A stretch of DNA of 64,000 bases, taken from positions 500 through 64,499 of the forward strand of contig CAVVSR010000017.1 of the NCBI GenBank assembly GCA_963750935.1. The letters run 5' to 3'. Under the pieces are notes generated by a model. That model made no database searches, was not told the origin of the DNA, and saw only the letters and a program-made list of their open reading frames with translations. How positions within the stretch are numbered: the stretch's first letter is position 1; each line of letters starts with the position of its first letter. Shown here piece by piece: positions 50,522 through 59,050 of the stretch. The DNA comes from an uncultured Acidobacteriota bacterium (GTDB taxonomy: Bacteria > Acidobacteriota > Vicinamibacteria > Vicinamibacterales > 2-12-FULL-66-21). Made by a program: the position numbers and the translations under genes.

Positions 50522-51582
50522 CCGATCGGTTCCTCCGGGCCTGCCGACGCGAGCAGGTCGACATGACACCCGTCTGGTTCATGCGTCAGGCCGGCCGCTA
50601 CATGGCCGACTACCGCGCCTTGCGCGAGCGCTACTCGCTGCTCGAGATCTGCCGTCGGCCCGACCTCGCCGTCGCGGTGACGATGCAGCCGGTCGAGGCG
50701 ATCGAGGTCGACGCGGCGATTCTCTTCTCCGATCTCCTGCTGCCCTTCACGCCGATGGGCCTGCAGTTCGACTTCGTGAAGGGCGAAGGGCCGGCGGTAG
50801 AAAATCCGATTCGTTCTGCCGACGACGTCGAGCGGCTGCGGCGCTTCGAGCCGCGCGAGGCGCTCGCGCATGTGCTCGAGACGATTCGTCTGCTGAGAAC
50901 CGAGCTGCGGAACGGCGTGCCGCTGATCGGATTCGGGGGCGCGCCGTTCACGCTCGCTGCCTACGCGATCGAGGGTGGGCCGTCGACGACCTACACGCGC
51001 ACGAAGACGTTCATGTACGAGCAGCCGCGCGCGTGGCACCGGCTGTGTGACCGGTTCGCCGAGATGATCGCCGATTACATGCACGCCCAGATCGACGCCG
51101 GCGTGCAGGCCGTGCAGATCTTCGATTCGTGGGCGGGCGCGTTGAGCCGCGCCGACTACCGGGAGTTCGCGCTTCCGCACACGACGCGCATCTTCGACGC
51201 CCTCCGCCATGCCGGCGTGCCGGCGATTCACTTCGGCGTCGGAACCGCGGCGATCCTCACCGATCTCGCCGAAGCCGGCGGCGACGTCATCGGCGTCGAC
51301 TGGCGCCGTCCACTCGACGAGGCGTGGACCTTGCTCGGGCCGGAGCGCGCGATCCAGGGCAACCTCGATCCGGCATTGCTGCTCGGCCCGCTCGATCGCA
51401 CCTTCGACGTCGCCGGGGACATTCTCCAGCGCGCCGCTGGCCGGCCCGGGCACATCTTCAATCTGGGCCACGGCGTGCTTCCCGGGACGCCCCTCGAGCA
51501 CGTGCAGGAGCTCGCGCGCTACGTGCATCGGGCGTCGGCGCGCCAGGAGCGTTCGGAGAACGAGCAGTCTGTCGGGAACTGA
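50518..51582 (+). CDS. hemE: uroporphyrinogen decarboxylase
   Basis: VTDRFLRACRREQVD.TPVWFMRQAGRYM is the hallmark N-terminus. Intact 354 aa. Confidence 0.95.
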   Translation: MTDRFLRACRREQVDMTPVWFMRQAGRYMADYRALRERYSLLEICRRPDLAVAVTMQPVEAIEVDAAILFSDLLLPFTPMGLQFDFVKGEGPAVENPIRSADDVERLRRFEPREALAHVLETIRLLRTELRNGVPLIGFGGAPFTLAAYAIEGGPSTTYTRTKTFMYEQPRAWHRLCDRFAEMIADYMHAQIDAGVQAVQIFDSWAGALSRADYREFALPHTTRIFDALRHAGVPAIHFGVGTAAILTDLAEAGGDVIGVDWRRPLDEAWTLLGPERAIQGNLDPALLLGPLDRTFDVAGDILQRAAGRPGHIFNLGHGVLPGTPLEHVQELARYVHRASARQERSENEQSVGN

Positions 51583-51606
51583 GCGCGACGGACTGATCAG
51601 CCTCGA

Positions 51607-52968
51607 GTGATCATCATCATTGGCGGAGGGATCACCGGCCTTTCAGCGGCCTTCGAGCTGGCGCGCCGCCAGACGCCATTCCTGCTGCTCGAAGCGCGGC
51701 CGCGCGCGGGTGGCCTCATCTACACCGAGCACGTCGACGGTTTCACGATCGACGCAGGCGCCGATTCGCTGCTGGCGCAGAAGCCCGCCGCGATCGAGCT
51801 GTGCGGAGAGCTCGGGCTCGGCGGGCGCCTGATGACGACGTCGCCGCCGCGGACCGCCTTCGTCCTGAAGCGAGGGCGCCTGCACGGCCTGCCGACACCG
51901 TCGGTGCTCGGCATCCCCACGACGCTGCCGGCGATCGCCGGGTACGATCTGCTGCCCTTTCACGCGCGTGCGCGCCTGGCGCTCGAGCCCTTCGTCCCGG
52001 TCGGCAGCCTGCCCGACGAGTCGGTCGCCGCATTCTTCCGGCGCCGGTTCGGCCGGCAGACCGTCGGCCTCATTGCCGAACCGCTGCTCGGCGGCATCCA
52101 TGCGGGCAACGTCGAGGACCTGTCGATGCAGGCGCTGTTTCCGCGCCTCGTCGAGGCGGAGCGCCAGCCGGGCGGCGTGATTCGCAACCTGGTGCCCCAC
52201 CCGTCGGCGAAAGAGAGCGGCGCCTTCCGCGCGCTGCGCGAGGGGATGTCCGAGCTGGTGTCGACGCTGGTCGCTCGGATACCGGCCGGCTCCATCCGCC
52301 TTGGCGTGCCGGTGACGTCGCTGACGCGATCGGACCAGGACTGGACCGTCACGAGCGACGGTGCAGTCCATCGCGCGACGGCGATCATTCTCGCCGCGCC
52401 GGCGAACGTCGCCGCACGGCTGCTCGCCCCCGTCGATCCCACGGCCGCCGAGATCTGCGCCCGCGTGCCGTACGTTTCCACTGCCAGTGTGGCGCTCGGC
52501 TACCGCCGCCGGGATGTCCGGCACGCGCTCGCCGGTTCGGGCTTCGTCGTCGCGCGGCAGCACAACGCGATGCGCATCACGGCGTGCACCTGGGTGTCGT
52601 CGAAGTGGGCACATCGCGCGCCCGACGACCATGCGCTGCTGCGCGCGTTCCTCGGCGGCGCGCACGATCCCGACGTCTGCGATCGGACCGACGCCGAACT
52701 GGTGGACATCGCCATTCGCGATCTGACGCCGGTGCTGGGCCTGACCTCCTCCCCTGTCATCGCCCGCGTCTATCGCTGGAGGGAGGCCGGAGCGCAGTAC
52801 GTCGTCGGACATCGGGCGCGCATGCACGAGCTGAACGGGCGGCTGGCCGCGCTGCCGGGGCTGCACGCCGCGGGCAGCGGGTTCGAGGCGATTGGCATTC
52901 CCGACTGTGTCGCGCACGGGCGGCGTGCTGCTGCGGCCGCCTGGGATTACGTTACGATGAGAGGCTGA
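51607..52968 (+). CDS. hemY: protoporphyrinogen/coproporphyrinogen III oxidase (HemY type, FAD-dependent)
   Basis: IIIIGGGITGLSAAFEL dinucleotide fold, GGLIYTE...DAGADS and a C-terminal GSGFEAIGIPDCV. Confidence 0.9.
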   Translation: MIIIIGGGITGLSAAFELARRQTPFLLLEARPRAGGLIYTEHVDGFTIDAGADSLLAQKPAAIELCGELGLGGRLMTTSPPRTAFVLKRGRLHGLPTPSVLGIPTTLPAIAGYDLLPFHARARLALEPFVPVGSLPDESVAAFFRRRFGRQTVGLIAEPLLGGIHAGNVEDLSMQALFPRLVEAERQPGGVIRNLVPHPSAKESGAFRALREGMSELVSTLVARIPAGSIRLGVPVTSLTRSDQDWTVTSDGAVHRATAIILAAPANVAARLLAPVDPTAAEICARVPYVSTASVALGYRRRDVRHALAGSGFVVARQHNAMRITACTWVSSKWAHRAPDDHALLRAFLGGAHDPDVCDRTDAELVDIAIRDLTPVLGLTSSPVIARVYRWREAGAQYVVGHRARMHELNGRLAALPGLHAAGSGFEAIGIPDCVAHGRRAAAAAWDYVTMRG

Positions 52969-52994
52969 ATGGGTCGAGTCAACGAGTGTTCGAG

Positions 52995-53693
52995 GTGAAA
53001 GTGCGGGACATCCAGAGTCGGTTGGCAGCGGCGGCGAGCGTAGTCGTGTTGGTGATGGCCGCGGGCGGCCACGGATCCGCGGAGCAGGCGCGCGGCGCGC
53101 GCAAGCCGGCCGCGCGAGAGGCCGCGAGGGCCGACGGCCTCAGCGCGGAGACCGTGAAACTGCTGGCAGAGATCAAGCGGAAGGACACCGGCCAGCTGGC
53201 CGTCTCCGAGGAAGACGGCCGCTTCCTGCGGCTGATGATCGCGACGAGCGGGTCCAAGCGCGCGCTGGAGATCGGCGGCGCCAGCGGATACAGCGCGATC
53301 TGGATGGGACACGGGCTGCGCGCCACGGGCGGGCGGCTGGTCACGATCGAATACGAGCCGGCGCGGGCCAAGGAGCTGGCGGACAACATCCGGCGCGCCG
53401 GCCTCTCCGACATCGTCGAGGTGGTGTCCGGCGACGCGTTCGAGCAGATCCCGAAGATTGCCGGATCGTTCGACTTCGTGTTCCTGGACGCGTGGAAGAA
53501 GGATTACAAGCGGTTCTTCGACACCGTGTACCCACGGCTCGACGCGCGCGGCCTGTTCGTCGCGCACAACGTCGTCAACAAGAAGAATGAGATGGAGGAT
53601 TTCCTCGACGCCGTGCAGCGACACCCGTCCCTGTGGACGACGATCGTGTCGCCGTCCGGGGAAGGTATGTCGGTGTCGATGAAAACGAAGTAG
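52995..53693 (+). CDS. class I SAM-dependent O-methyltransferase (family 3), with signal peptide
   Basis: VKVRDIQSRLAAAASVVVLVMAAGG N-terminus, ALEIGGASGYSAIWM (motif I) and FDFVFLDAWKKDY. This is the C-terminal part of ORF 51801..53693. The start (GTG at 52995) is approximate. Confidence 0.75.
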   Translation: MKVRDIQSRLAAAASVVVLVMAAGGHGSAEQARGARKPAAREAARADGLSAETVKLLAEIKRKDTGQLAVSEEDGRFLRLMIATSGSKRALEIGGASGYSAIWMGHGLRATGGRLVTIEYEPARAKELADNIRRAGLSDIVEVVSGDAFEQIPKIAGSFDFVFLDAWKKDYKRFFDTVYPRLDARGLFVAHNVVNKKNEMEDFLDAVQRHPSLWTTIVSPSGEGMSVSMKTK

Positions 53694-53705
53694 CGCGACG
53701 GGGGA

Positions 53706-53987
53706 TCAGTCTTCGTCGCTGGCTGATTCTTCCTCGGCGGGTTCCGGAGCGGGGGCGGCTACGGCCGCCACCTTGGCCTTGGTGACGCGCTTCTTGCGCA
53801 CCTTGCCGCGCGCGCCGGCCGGCACCGGTTCGTCACTCGGCTCGAGTTTCGACATGCTCGTGAGGAATTTCTTCACTCCGTGATCGTCGAACTGGACACG
53901 CGTATATGCATCTTCGACCGCGACGACAGAACCCAGACCATACGTGGGTTCCACCACACGCGCCCCGACCTCGAACCGCTTCATCAC
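53706..53987 (-). CDS. small hypothetical protein (DUF3553-like fold guess) with a basic/acidic tail
   Basis: MMKRFEVGARVVEPTYGLGSVVAVEDAYTRVQFDDHGVKKF is followed by GKVRKKRVTKAKVAAVAAPAPEPAEEESASDED. Confidence 0.5.
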   Translation of the reverse strand: MMKRFEVGARVVEPTYGLGSVVAVEDAYTRVQFDDHGVKKFLTSMSKLEPSDEPVPAGARGKVRKKRVTKAKVAAVAAPAPEPAEEESASDED

Positions 53988-54072
53988 ATTCCTCCCGCCA
54001 GCCGCTCCCGCCGCCGCAACTGTAAGCGTATCTGACGGTTACGTCAGCGTCAACTGACCAGACCGGATCGCT

Positions 54073-55001
54073 ATGGTACAGTCCACGCCCGTGAAGCCCA
54101 TTCACGTCATCGGCGTGTCGCTCGACCTGGGCGGCAACCGCCGCGGTGTCGACATGGGACCGTCGGCTTTTCGCATCGCCGGACTGGCCGAACGCCTGAT
54201 CGCGCTGGGAATGACCGTGGTGGACGAGGGCGATCTCGGTCGCACCGATTCCCGAGGTGAAGTCGGTCGGCGACCCGCAAAAGAAGTACATGCAGGAGAT
54301 CCTCAGGGTCTGCGAACAGCTCTACCGTACATCGATGGCCGTGTTCGAAAAGGGGGGGACGCCAGTTGTGCTCGGCGGCGACCATAGCCTGGCGGCCGGC
54401 TCCGTGGCGGCGACCTCTGAGTTCGCCCGGCGAGCCGACGGCAGGATCGGGCTGATCTGGGTGGACGCGCACGGAGACATGAATACGCCGGCGAGCAGCA
54501 GCAGCGGCAACGTGCACGGGATGCCGCTCGCGTCCCTGCTCGGTCCCGAGCCTGCCGAACTCTCCGGCATCGGCGGCTTCTCCCCGAAGGTGCTTCCGCG
54601 GAACACGGTGCTCATCGGCATCAGGAATCTCGACGAGCGTGAGAAGGACATGCGTGCGGGCGGCGGGCGTGCGCGTGTTCACCATGAAGGACATCGATCG
54701 ATCGGGGATCGCGTCGGTGACCGAACAAGCGATCGAGGCGGCCTCCGCTGGCACGACCGGCGTGCACGTATCCTTCGATCTCGACGTCTGCGACCCGACG
54801 ATCGCGCCCGGCGTCGGCACGCCCGTCAAGGGCGGGCTCGACTACCGCGAGGCGCACATGCTGATGGAGATGGTGGCGGATTCCGGCCTGCTCCGCGCGC
54901 TCGATCTCGTCGAGGTCAACCCGATCCTCGACGACCGCAACATGACCGCGGCGCTCGGCGTCGAGCTCGTGCTCTCCGCGCTCGGCCAGAAAATTCTCTG
55001 A
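54073..55001 (+). pseudogene. rocF: arginase, two frame breaks as sequenced
   Basis: Three ORF pieces (54073.., 54257.., 54639..) concatenate into a full ureohydrolase. Motifs: GGDHSLAAGS, WVDAHGDMNTP, GNVHGMPLA, SFDLDVCDP and GGLDYREAH. Breaks near 54241-54250 and at 54653 (EKDM|VRAAGVRVFTMKDID). Confidence 0.85.
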
Positions 55002-55029
55002 GCAGTCCGTCGTGATGGCGCGACGCGGC

Positions 55030-55512
55030 TCAGGTCGCGTGCGGCGAAATCCGTCGCGTGCCGGGCTCGTTGCGGGCGGCAGCGGCGATCATCTTCTGTA
55101 CCGACTCCACCAGCATCAGCAGCGAGAAGGGCTTCTGGATCAGCCGGGTGTTGGGGCGCATCTGCTCCAGCCCGCCGGACTCGTCGGGGACCGCTGAAAA
55201 GATGATGACCGGCGTCGGCGGAGGAATCGACAGGATCACTTCGCGTCCCGATCCCTGCGTGAGACGCAGGTCGACGATCGCGGCGGCCAGGCGCAGTTCG
55301 CGGAGGCGGTCGATGGCGCCATCCGCGCTGTCGGCGGTGACGACGTCGAAGCCATGGAGCGCGAGAAACTTCTGGAGCGGCCCGCGCACGGCGAGGTCGT
55401 CCTCGACGAGCAGCACGATTGGTCGGCGCTCCTCGGCCTTCTGACCGGCCGGCTTCGCTGCCGGTGCCCGGCCGTCACGCGCCGGCTTGCCCTTGGTCTC
55501 CCTCGACGGCAT
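55030..55512 (-). CDS. stand-alone response-regulator receiver domain protein
   Basis: ATG at 55512 with a GAGGAGG RBS. A basic leader MPSRETKGKPARDGRAPAAKPAG is followed by PIVLLVEDDLAV...AAIVDLRL...IQKP. Confidence 0.8.
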   Translation of the reverse strand: MPSRETKGKPARDGRAPAAKPAGQKAEERRPIVLLVEDDLAVRGPLQKFLALHGFDVVTADSADGAIDRLRELRLAAAIVDLRLTQGSGREVILSIPPPTPVIIFSAVPDESGGLEQMRPNTRLIQKPFSLLMLVESVQKMIAAAARNEPGTRRISPHAT

Positions 55513-55664
55513 GCGTCCTCCTCGTCCGTCCTCAGCTGTTCGGGGCTGATGATAGCGGAGTCGTCCGGGCGTTACCTCAATGGGCGGAATGCCGTCCCTT
55601 ATTGCAGTCTTCCCTGGCTGAACAATTCCGGTGCAATTCCGCGAAAGCTCAACCATTATTTCAA

Positions 55665-55919
55665 TTGGACAGAACGGCGTCGAGCCTCGATACTCCCTGC
55701 ATCGTGCTGCTGGGAACACGCTGCCCGTCTTGTTCGTCGGCGTCGATCCGCCTGGCGCCGCCTGAGCGTCGGGAGCTCCTGACCTTCAAGTGCAACGCGT
55801 GCGGCCGCATGTGGAGCGAACACTCCAATGCTCAGCGCCCGACTACCGACCCCGGGGACACTTCGTCGCAGAACATGGTTCGGGATCAGTTGGTCCCGCC
55901 AGTCTCCAGCCAATCCTGA
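55665..55919 (+). CDS. possible small zinc-ribbon protein
   Basis: RCPSCSSASIRLAPPERRELLTFKCNACGRMW has CxxC-x17-CxxC spacing. The start is unclear (TTG at 55665 or GTG at 55704) and I saw no RBS. This is only part of ORF 55419..55919. Confidence 0.25.
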   Translation: MDRTASSLDTPCIVLLGTRCPSCSSASIRLAPPERRELLTFKCNACGRMWSEHSNAQRPTTDPGDTSSQNMVRDQLVPPVSSQS

Positions 55920-56056
55920 TCGCCGCATCAGGCAGGCTCCACGCCGCCCGGATCAACTTCTTCGCCACACGAGCCTCGGGGCGTCGCCACGCATGCGCCT
56001 CCGGCACGACGCCGTAATGGTCGGCGCGCCCCACGGGCGCGTTGGAGGTGCACCGC

Positions 56057-56305
56057 TCAATGCGAGACCGGACCGCGCCAACCCTCCGGCACGATGTCGG
56101 GGCCGCCGACTTGGATCCACGCGTTGGCGCGCAGCTCGTCCTCGAGTGCCCTCACGCGGGTCTCGAACGCCGCGAGATCCTTGAATCGCTCCAGCTCGGG
56201 TTCACCCTTTCCGCGGCTGATCTCGAGCACGTACTCGCGCGACGCGTTGTCGAACCGCGTCTGCACCTGTGTGGTCTCGTTGCCTCGACCGAAGAACCAG
56301 ATCAT
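56057..56305 (-). CDS. small hypothetical protein (82 aa)
   Basis: Internal ATG at 56305: MIWFFGRGNETTQVQTRFDNASREYVLEISRGKGEPELERFKDLAAFETRVRALEDELRANAW... The composition is protein-like. No family recognised. Confidence 0.5.
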   Translation of the reverse strand: MIWFFGRGNETTQVQTRFDNASREYVLEISRGKGEPELERFKDLAAFETRVRALEDELRANAWIQVGGPDIVPEGWRGPVSH

Positions 56306-56411
56306 GTGACCTTTCGTTTCGCAGGAAGCCTCTGATCCTCGTCGCCACTCTGCCCTCGCCGCCACTGCTGCGAGTTTGCGTCCGTATTGCGGAGCACTCC
56401 CCTCCTCGGGC

Positions 56412-56440
56412 TTGACAGGTGCCTCGGATCGCCATATTGT
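56412..56440 (+). promoter_or_regulatory. sigma70-like promoter candidate for the MarR operon
   Basis: TTGACA (56412-56417), a 17-nt spacer, then TATTGT (56435-56440). It lies about 15 nt upstream of the ATG at 56455, implying a very short leader. Confidence 0.4.
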
Positions 56441-56454
56441 TGTCACTACCAACT

Positions 56455-57000
56455 ATGCCGCGCATCACCGAACGTCCCACCACGGCTCCGCCAGCAACGC
56501 TCGACCGTGATGCCGCGGCGCTCCAGGCCGCAGTCGCCGAGCTGGTCCGCGTCTACCAGTTCCGGGACCGCGACCGCATCTGCTGCCACGACGTCTCGGT
56601 CACGCAGTGTCACGCGCTCGAGGCGCTGGTCGAGAACGGTCCGCTGCGCCTCGGGGCGCTCGCGGACCGCCTGTTCCTCGACAAGAGCACCACCAGCCGC
56701 GTCGTGGGAACGCTGGTGAAGAAGGGGTACGTCGAGCAGCGGTCGGACGAGAGCGACCGCCGCGCCACCGCCCTGCTGGCGACGACGAGCGGCCGGCGGC
56801 TGCACAAGCGCATCACCGACGACCTCGTCGAACAGCAGAAGCAGCTGCTGCGCGACTTCGATCCCGACGTGCGTGAGGGGGTCATCAGCGTGATCCGCCG
56901 TCTGGCGACCGCCGCGGATTCGCGGTTCCGGTCCGGCGTGTCGGTGGGTGCCGCGGCGGGCTGCTGCGCGCCGGGAGGCGGCAGTGCCAAGTGCGGCTGA
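56455..57000 (+). CDS. MarR-family transcriptional regulator with a Cys-rich C-terminal tail
   Basis: The winged-helix core is LGALADRLFLDKSTTSRVVGTLVKKGYVEQRSDESDRRA. The tail is AAAGCCAPGGGSAKCG. The ATG at 56455 is preferred over the ORF start at 56419, which lies inside the putative promoter. Confidence 0.85.
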   Translation: MPRITERPTTAPPATLDRDAAALQAAVAELVRVYQFRDRDRICCHDVSVTQCHALEALVENGPLRLGALADRLFLDKSTTSRVVGTLVKKGYVEQRSDESDRRATALLATTSGRRLHKRITDDLVEQQKQLLRDFDPDVREGVISVIRRLATAADSRFRSGVSVGAAAGCCAPGGGSAKCG

Positions 57001-57034
57001 TATTTTTCAGACCCGTTAGTTGCTACTGACAAGT

Positions 57035-57599
57035 ATGGGGACAGTCATTCGCGATGCGGTTGCCGCCGATGCTGAAGCGATCGCCCGGATCTACAACCAG
57101 GGCATCGAGGATCGCGGGGCAACCTTCGAGACCGGACCGCGCAGCGCCGCCGACATCGAGGCGAAGCTCTCGGACACCGAGCGCTTCCCCACGCTGGTCG
57201 CTGCCGTCGACGGCCGGGTCATCGGCTGGGCGGCCTTGAGTAGCGTATCGTCCCGCGACCCTGCTATGCGGGGATCGCCGAGTTCTCCATCTATCTCGAT
57301 CGCGCCGCGCGTGGACGGGGCCTCGGACGTGAGCTGCTCCGATCGCTGGTCGACGCGGCCCGTCAGCGCGGCTACTGGAAGCTGGTGTCCCGGATCTTTC
57401 CCTTCAACGCCGCGAGCCGCGCGCTGTGCCGATCGTGCGGATTCCGTGAGGTCGGCACCTACGAGAAACATGGCTGTCTCGACGGCCAGTGGCTCGACGT
57501 CGTCATCGTCGAGCGCCTGATTCCAGAGAACCTGTCGCGTCGCGACGTGGCCCCGCCGGGCGATGCGCGCGTGGCGCCTGCAGTAGGAGCCGCACATGA
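57035..57599 (+). pseudogene. GNAT acetyltransferase of the phosphinothricin N-acetyltransferase (PAT/ArsN1-like) family; frame break and unresolved 3' end
   Basis: MGTVIRDAVAADAEAIARIYNQGIEDRGATFET is the PAT N-terminus. After about 57243 the protein continues in the frame of ORF 57385..58167 (PRPCYAGIAEFSIYLDRAARGRGLGRELL...FNAASRALCRSCGFREVGTYEKHG). That frame has no stop before 58167, so a second indel is likely. A TGA at 57597-57599 overlaps the next ATG. Confidence 0.7.
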
Positions 57600-59050
57600 C
57601 CCAGTCCGATCTTCCGGTCGTCATCATCGGCGCGGGCCCGGTCGGCCTCGCCGCCGCAGCGCACACGCGTGCCCGTGGCCTGACTCCGCTCGTGCTCGAG
57701 GCCGGCAGTCGTATCGCCGACGGCGTGCGGCAATGGGGCCACGTGCGCATGTTCTCGCCGTGGAAGTTCGCCGTCGATTCGGCAGCCGCGGCGATCCTGC
57801 GCCCGCACGGCTGGACCACGCCGGCGCCGGACGACTACCCGACCGGCCACGATCTCGTGAATCGGTACCTGGAACCGCTGGCCGCGTCGCCCGAACTCGC
57901 GCCGCACATCCGGCTGCAGACGCGCGTCGTCGCCGTAGCCCGCCGCGACCTGGATCGCATGAAGGACTCGGGCCGGTCCTCGGCGCCGTTCGTGGTGCGA
58001 GTCCGGACGGCGGGACACGAGCACGACATCCTGGCGCGAGCGGTGATCGACGCGTCCGGAACGATCGAGAAGCCCGGCCCGCTCGGCGCATCCGGCTTGC
58101 CGGCAATCGGCGAGCAGTCGGCCGCGCCAGCCATCCGATATGGGATTCCCGACGTCCTCGGCGATGACCGCGCGCACTATGCGGGCAAGCGAGTCATGGT
58201 CGTCGGCAGCGGACATTCCGCGCTCAATGCCCTTCTCGACCTTGCGACCCTCGCCGATCAGGCGCCTGGTACCCACATCACCTGGGTCATTCGACGGCCC
58301 GCGCTGGGACAGCTGCTGGGCGGTGCCCGGCAGGATCAGCTCGAAGAGCGTGGCAGGCTGGGCAAGCGCGTCGGCGCGCTGCTCCGCGACGGCCGGCTCT
58401 CGCTGATCACCGGCTTCCGGATCGAACGTGTGGCTCGGACATCAGACGGCGTTGTCGTCTCGTCTGGCGAGCGCGTGCTGGCGCCGGTCGACGCGATTGT
58501 CGCGGCGACAGGATTCCGTCCGGACTGGTCGATCCTGTCCGAAGTGCGGCTCGACCTCGATCCGTCCGTGGAGAGCCCGCGCGCCCTGGCGCCGCTCATC
58601 GACCCCAACGTGCACAGCTGCGGCACCGTTCCCCCGCACGGCGCTGAAGAACTGAAACAGCCTGACGAGAATCTCTTCGTCATCGGCATGAAGAGCTACG
58701 GCCGCGCGCCCACGTTCCTGCTGCTGACCGGCTACGAGCAGGCGCGGTCGGTCGTCAGCGCCATCGCGGGTGACTGGGAAGCTGCACGGCGTGTCGAGCT
58801 GGTCCTCCCCGAGACCGGCGTCTGCTCGACGGATGGAAGCGCCGGCGAAGGCATCCCGTGCTGCGGAACCAGCGCGCCGGAGCCGGCATTCCGTGCTGCG
58901 ACACGGTCCTGCTGTCCAGGTGTTGTGGCTCCGAGGACAAGGCCGATTGCTGCGGGGCCGAGAAGGCGCCGTCCACGTGCACGTGCGGCGAGGGCCAGAA
59001 CGTGGCGCACAGCGCACCATGCTCAGTCAGATCTCGACCTGCACGCCTAG
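57596..59050 (+). CDS. FAD/NAD(P)-binding oxidoreductase (flavin monooxygenase-like) with a cysteine-cluster C-terminus; tail frame uncertain
   Basis: AGGAG RBS, PVVIIGAGPVGLAAAA dinucleotide fold, WGHVRMFSPW and a second fold VMVVGSGHSALN. After about 58870-58890 the alternative frame (ORF 58858..59079) reads GIPCCDTVLLSRCCGSEDKADCCGAEKAPSTCTCGEG. That is more protein-like than the Arg-rich as-sequenced tail. Confidence 0.75.
   Translation: MTQSDLPVVIIGAGPVGLAAAAHTRARGLTPLVLEAGSRIADGVRQWGHVRMFSPWKFAVDSAAAAILRPHGWTTPAPDDYPTGHDLVNRYLEPLAASPELAPHIRLQTRVVAVARRDLDRMKDSGRSSAPFVVRVRTAGHEHDILARAVIDASGTIEKPGPLGASGLPAIGEQSAAPAIRYGIPDVLGDDRAHYAGKRVMVVGSGHSALNALLDLATLADQAPGTHITWVIRRPALGQLLGGARQDQLEERGRLGKRVGALLRDGRLSLITGFRIERVARTSDGVVVSSGERVLAPVDAIVAATGFRPDWSILSEVRLDLDPSVESPRALAPLIDPNVHSCGTVPPHGAEELKQPDENLFVIGMKSYGRAPTFLLLTGYEQARSVVSAIAGDWEAARRVELVLPETGVCSTDGSAGEGIPCCGTSAPEPAFRAATRSCCPGVVAPRTRPIAAGPRRRRPRARAARARTWRTAHHAQSDLDLHA

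Noticed and set aside
57385-58167. 260-aa ORF overlapping the flavoprotein gene.
   Set aside because: Only its first 50 or so codons are meaningful; they are the C-terminal half of the PAT-like acetyltransferase. The remainder is an off-frame read through the flavoprotein gene caused by a missing stop.
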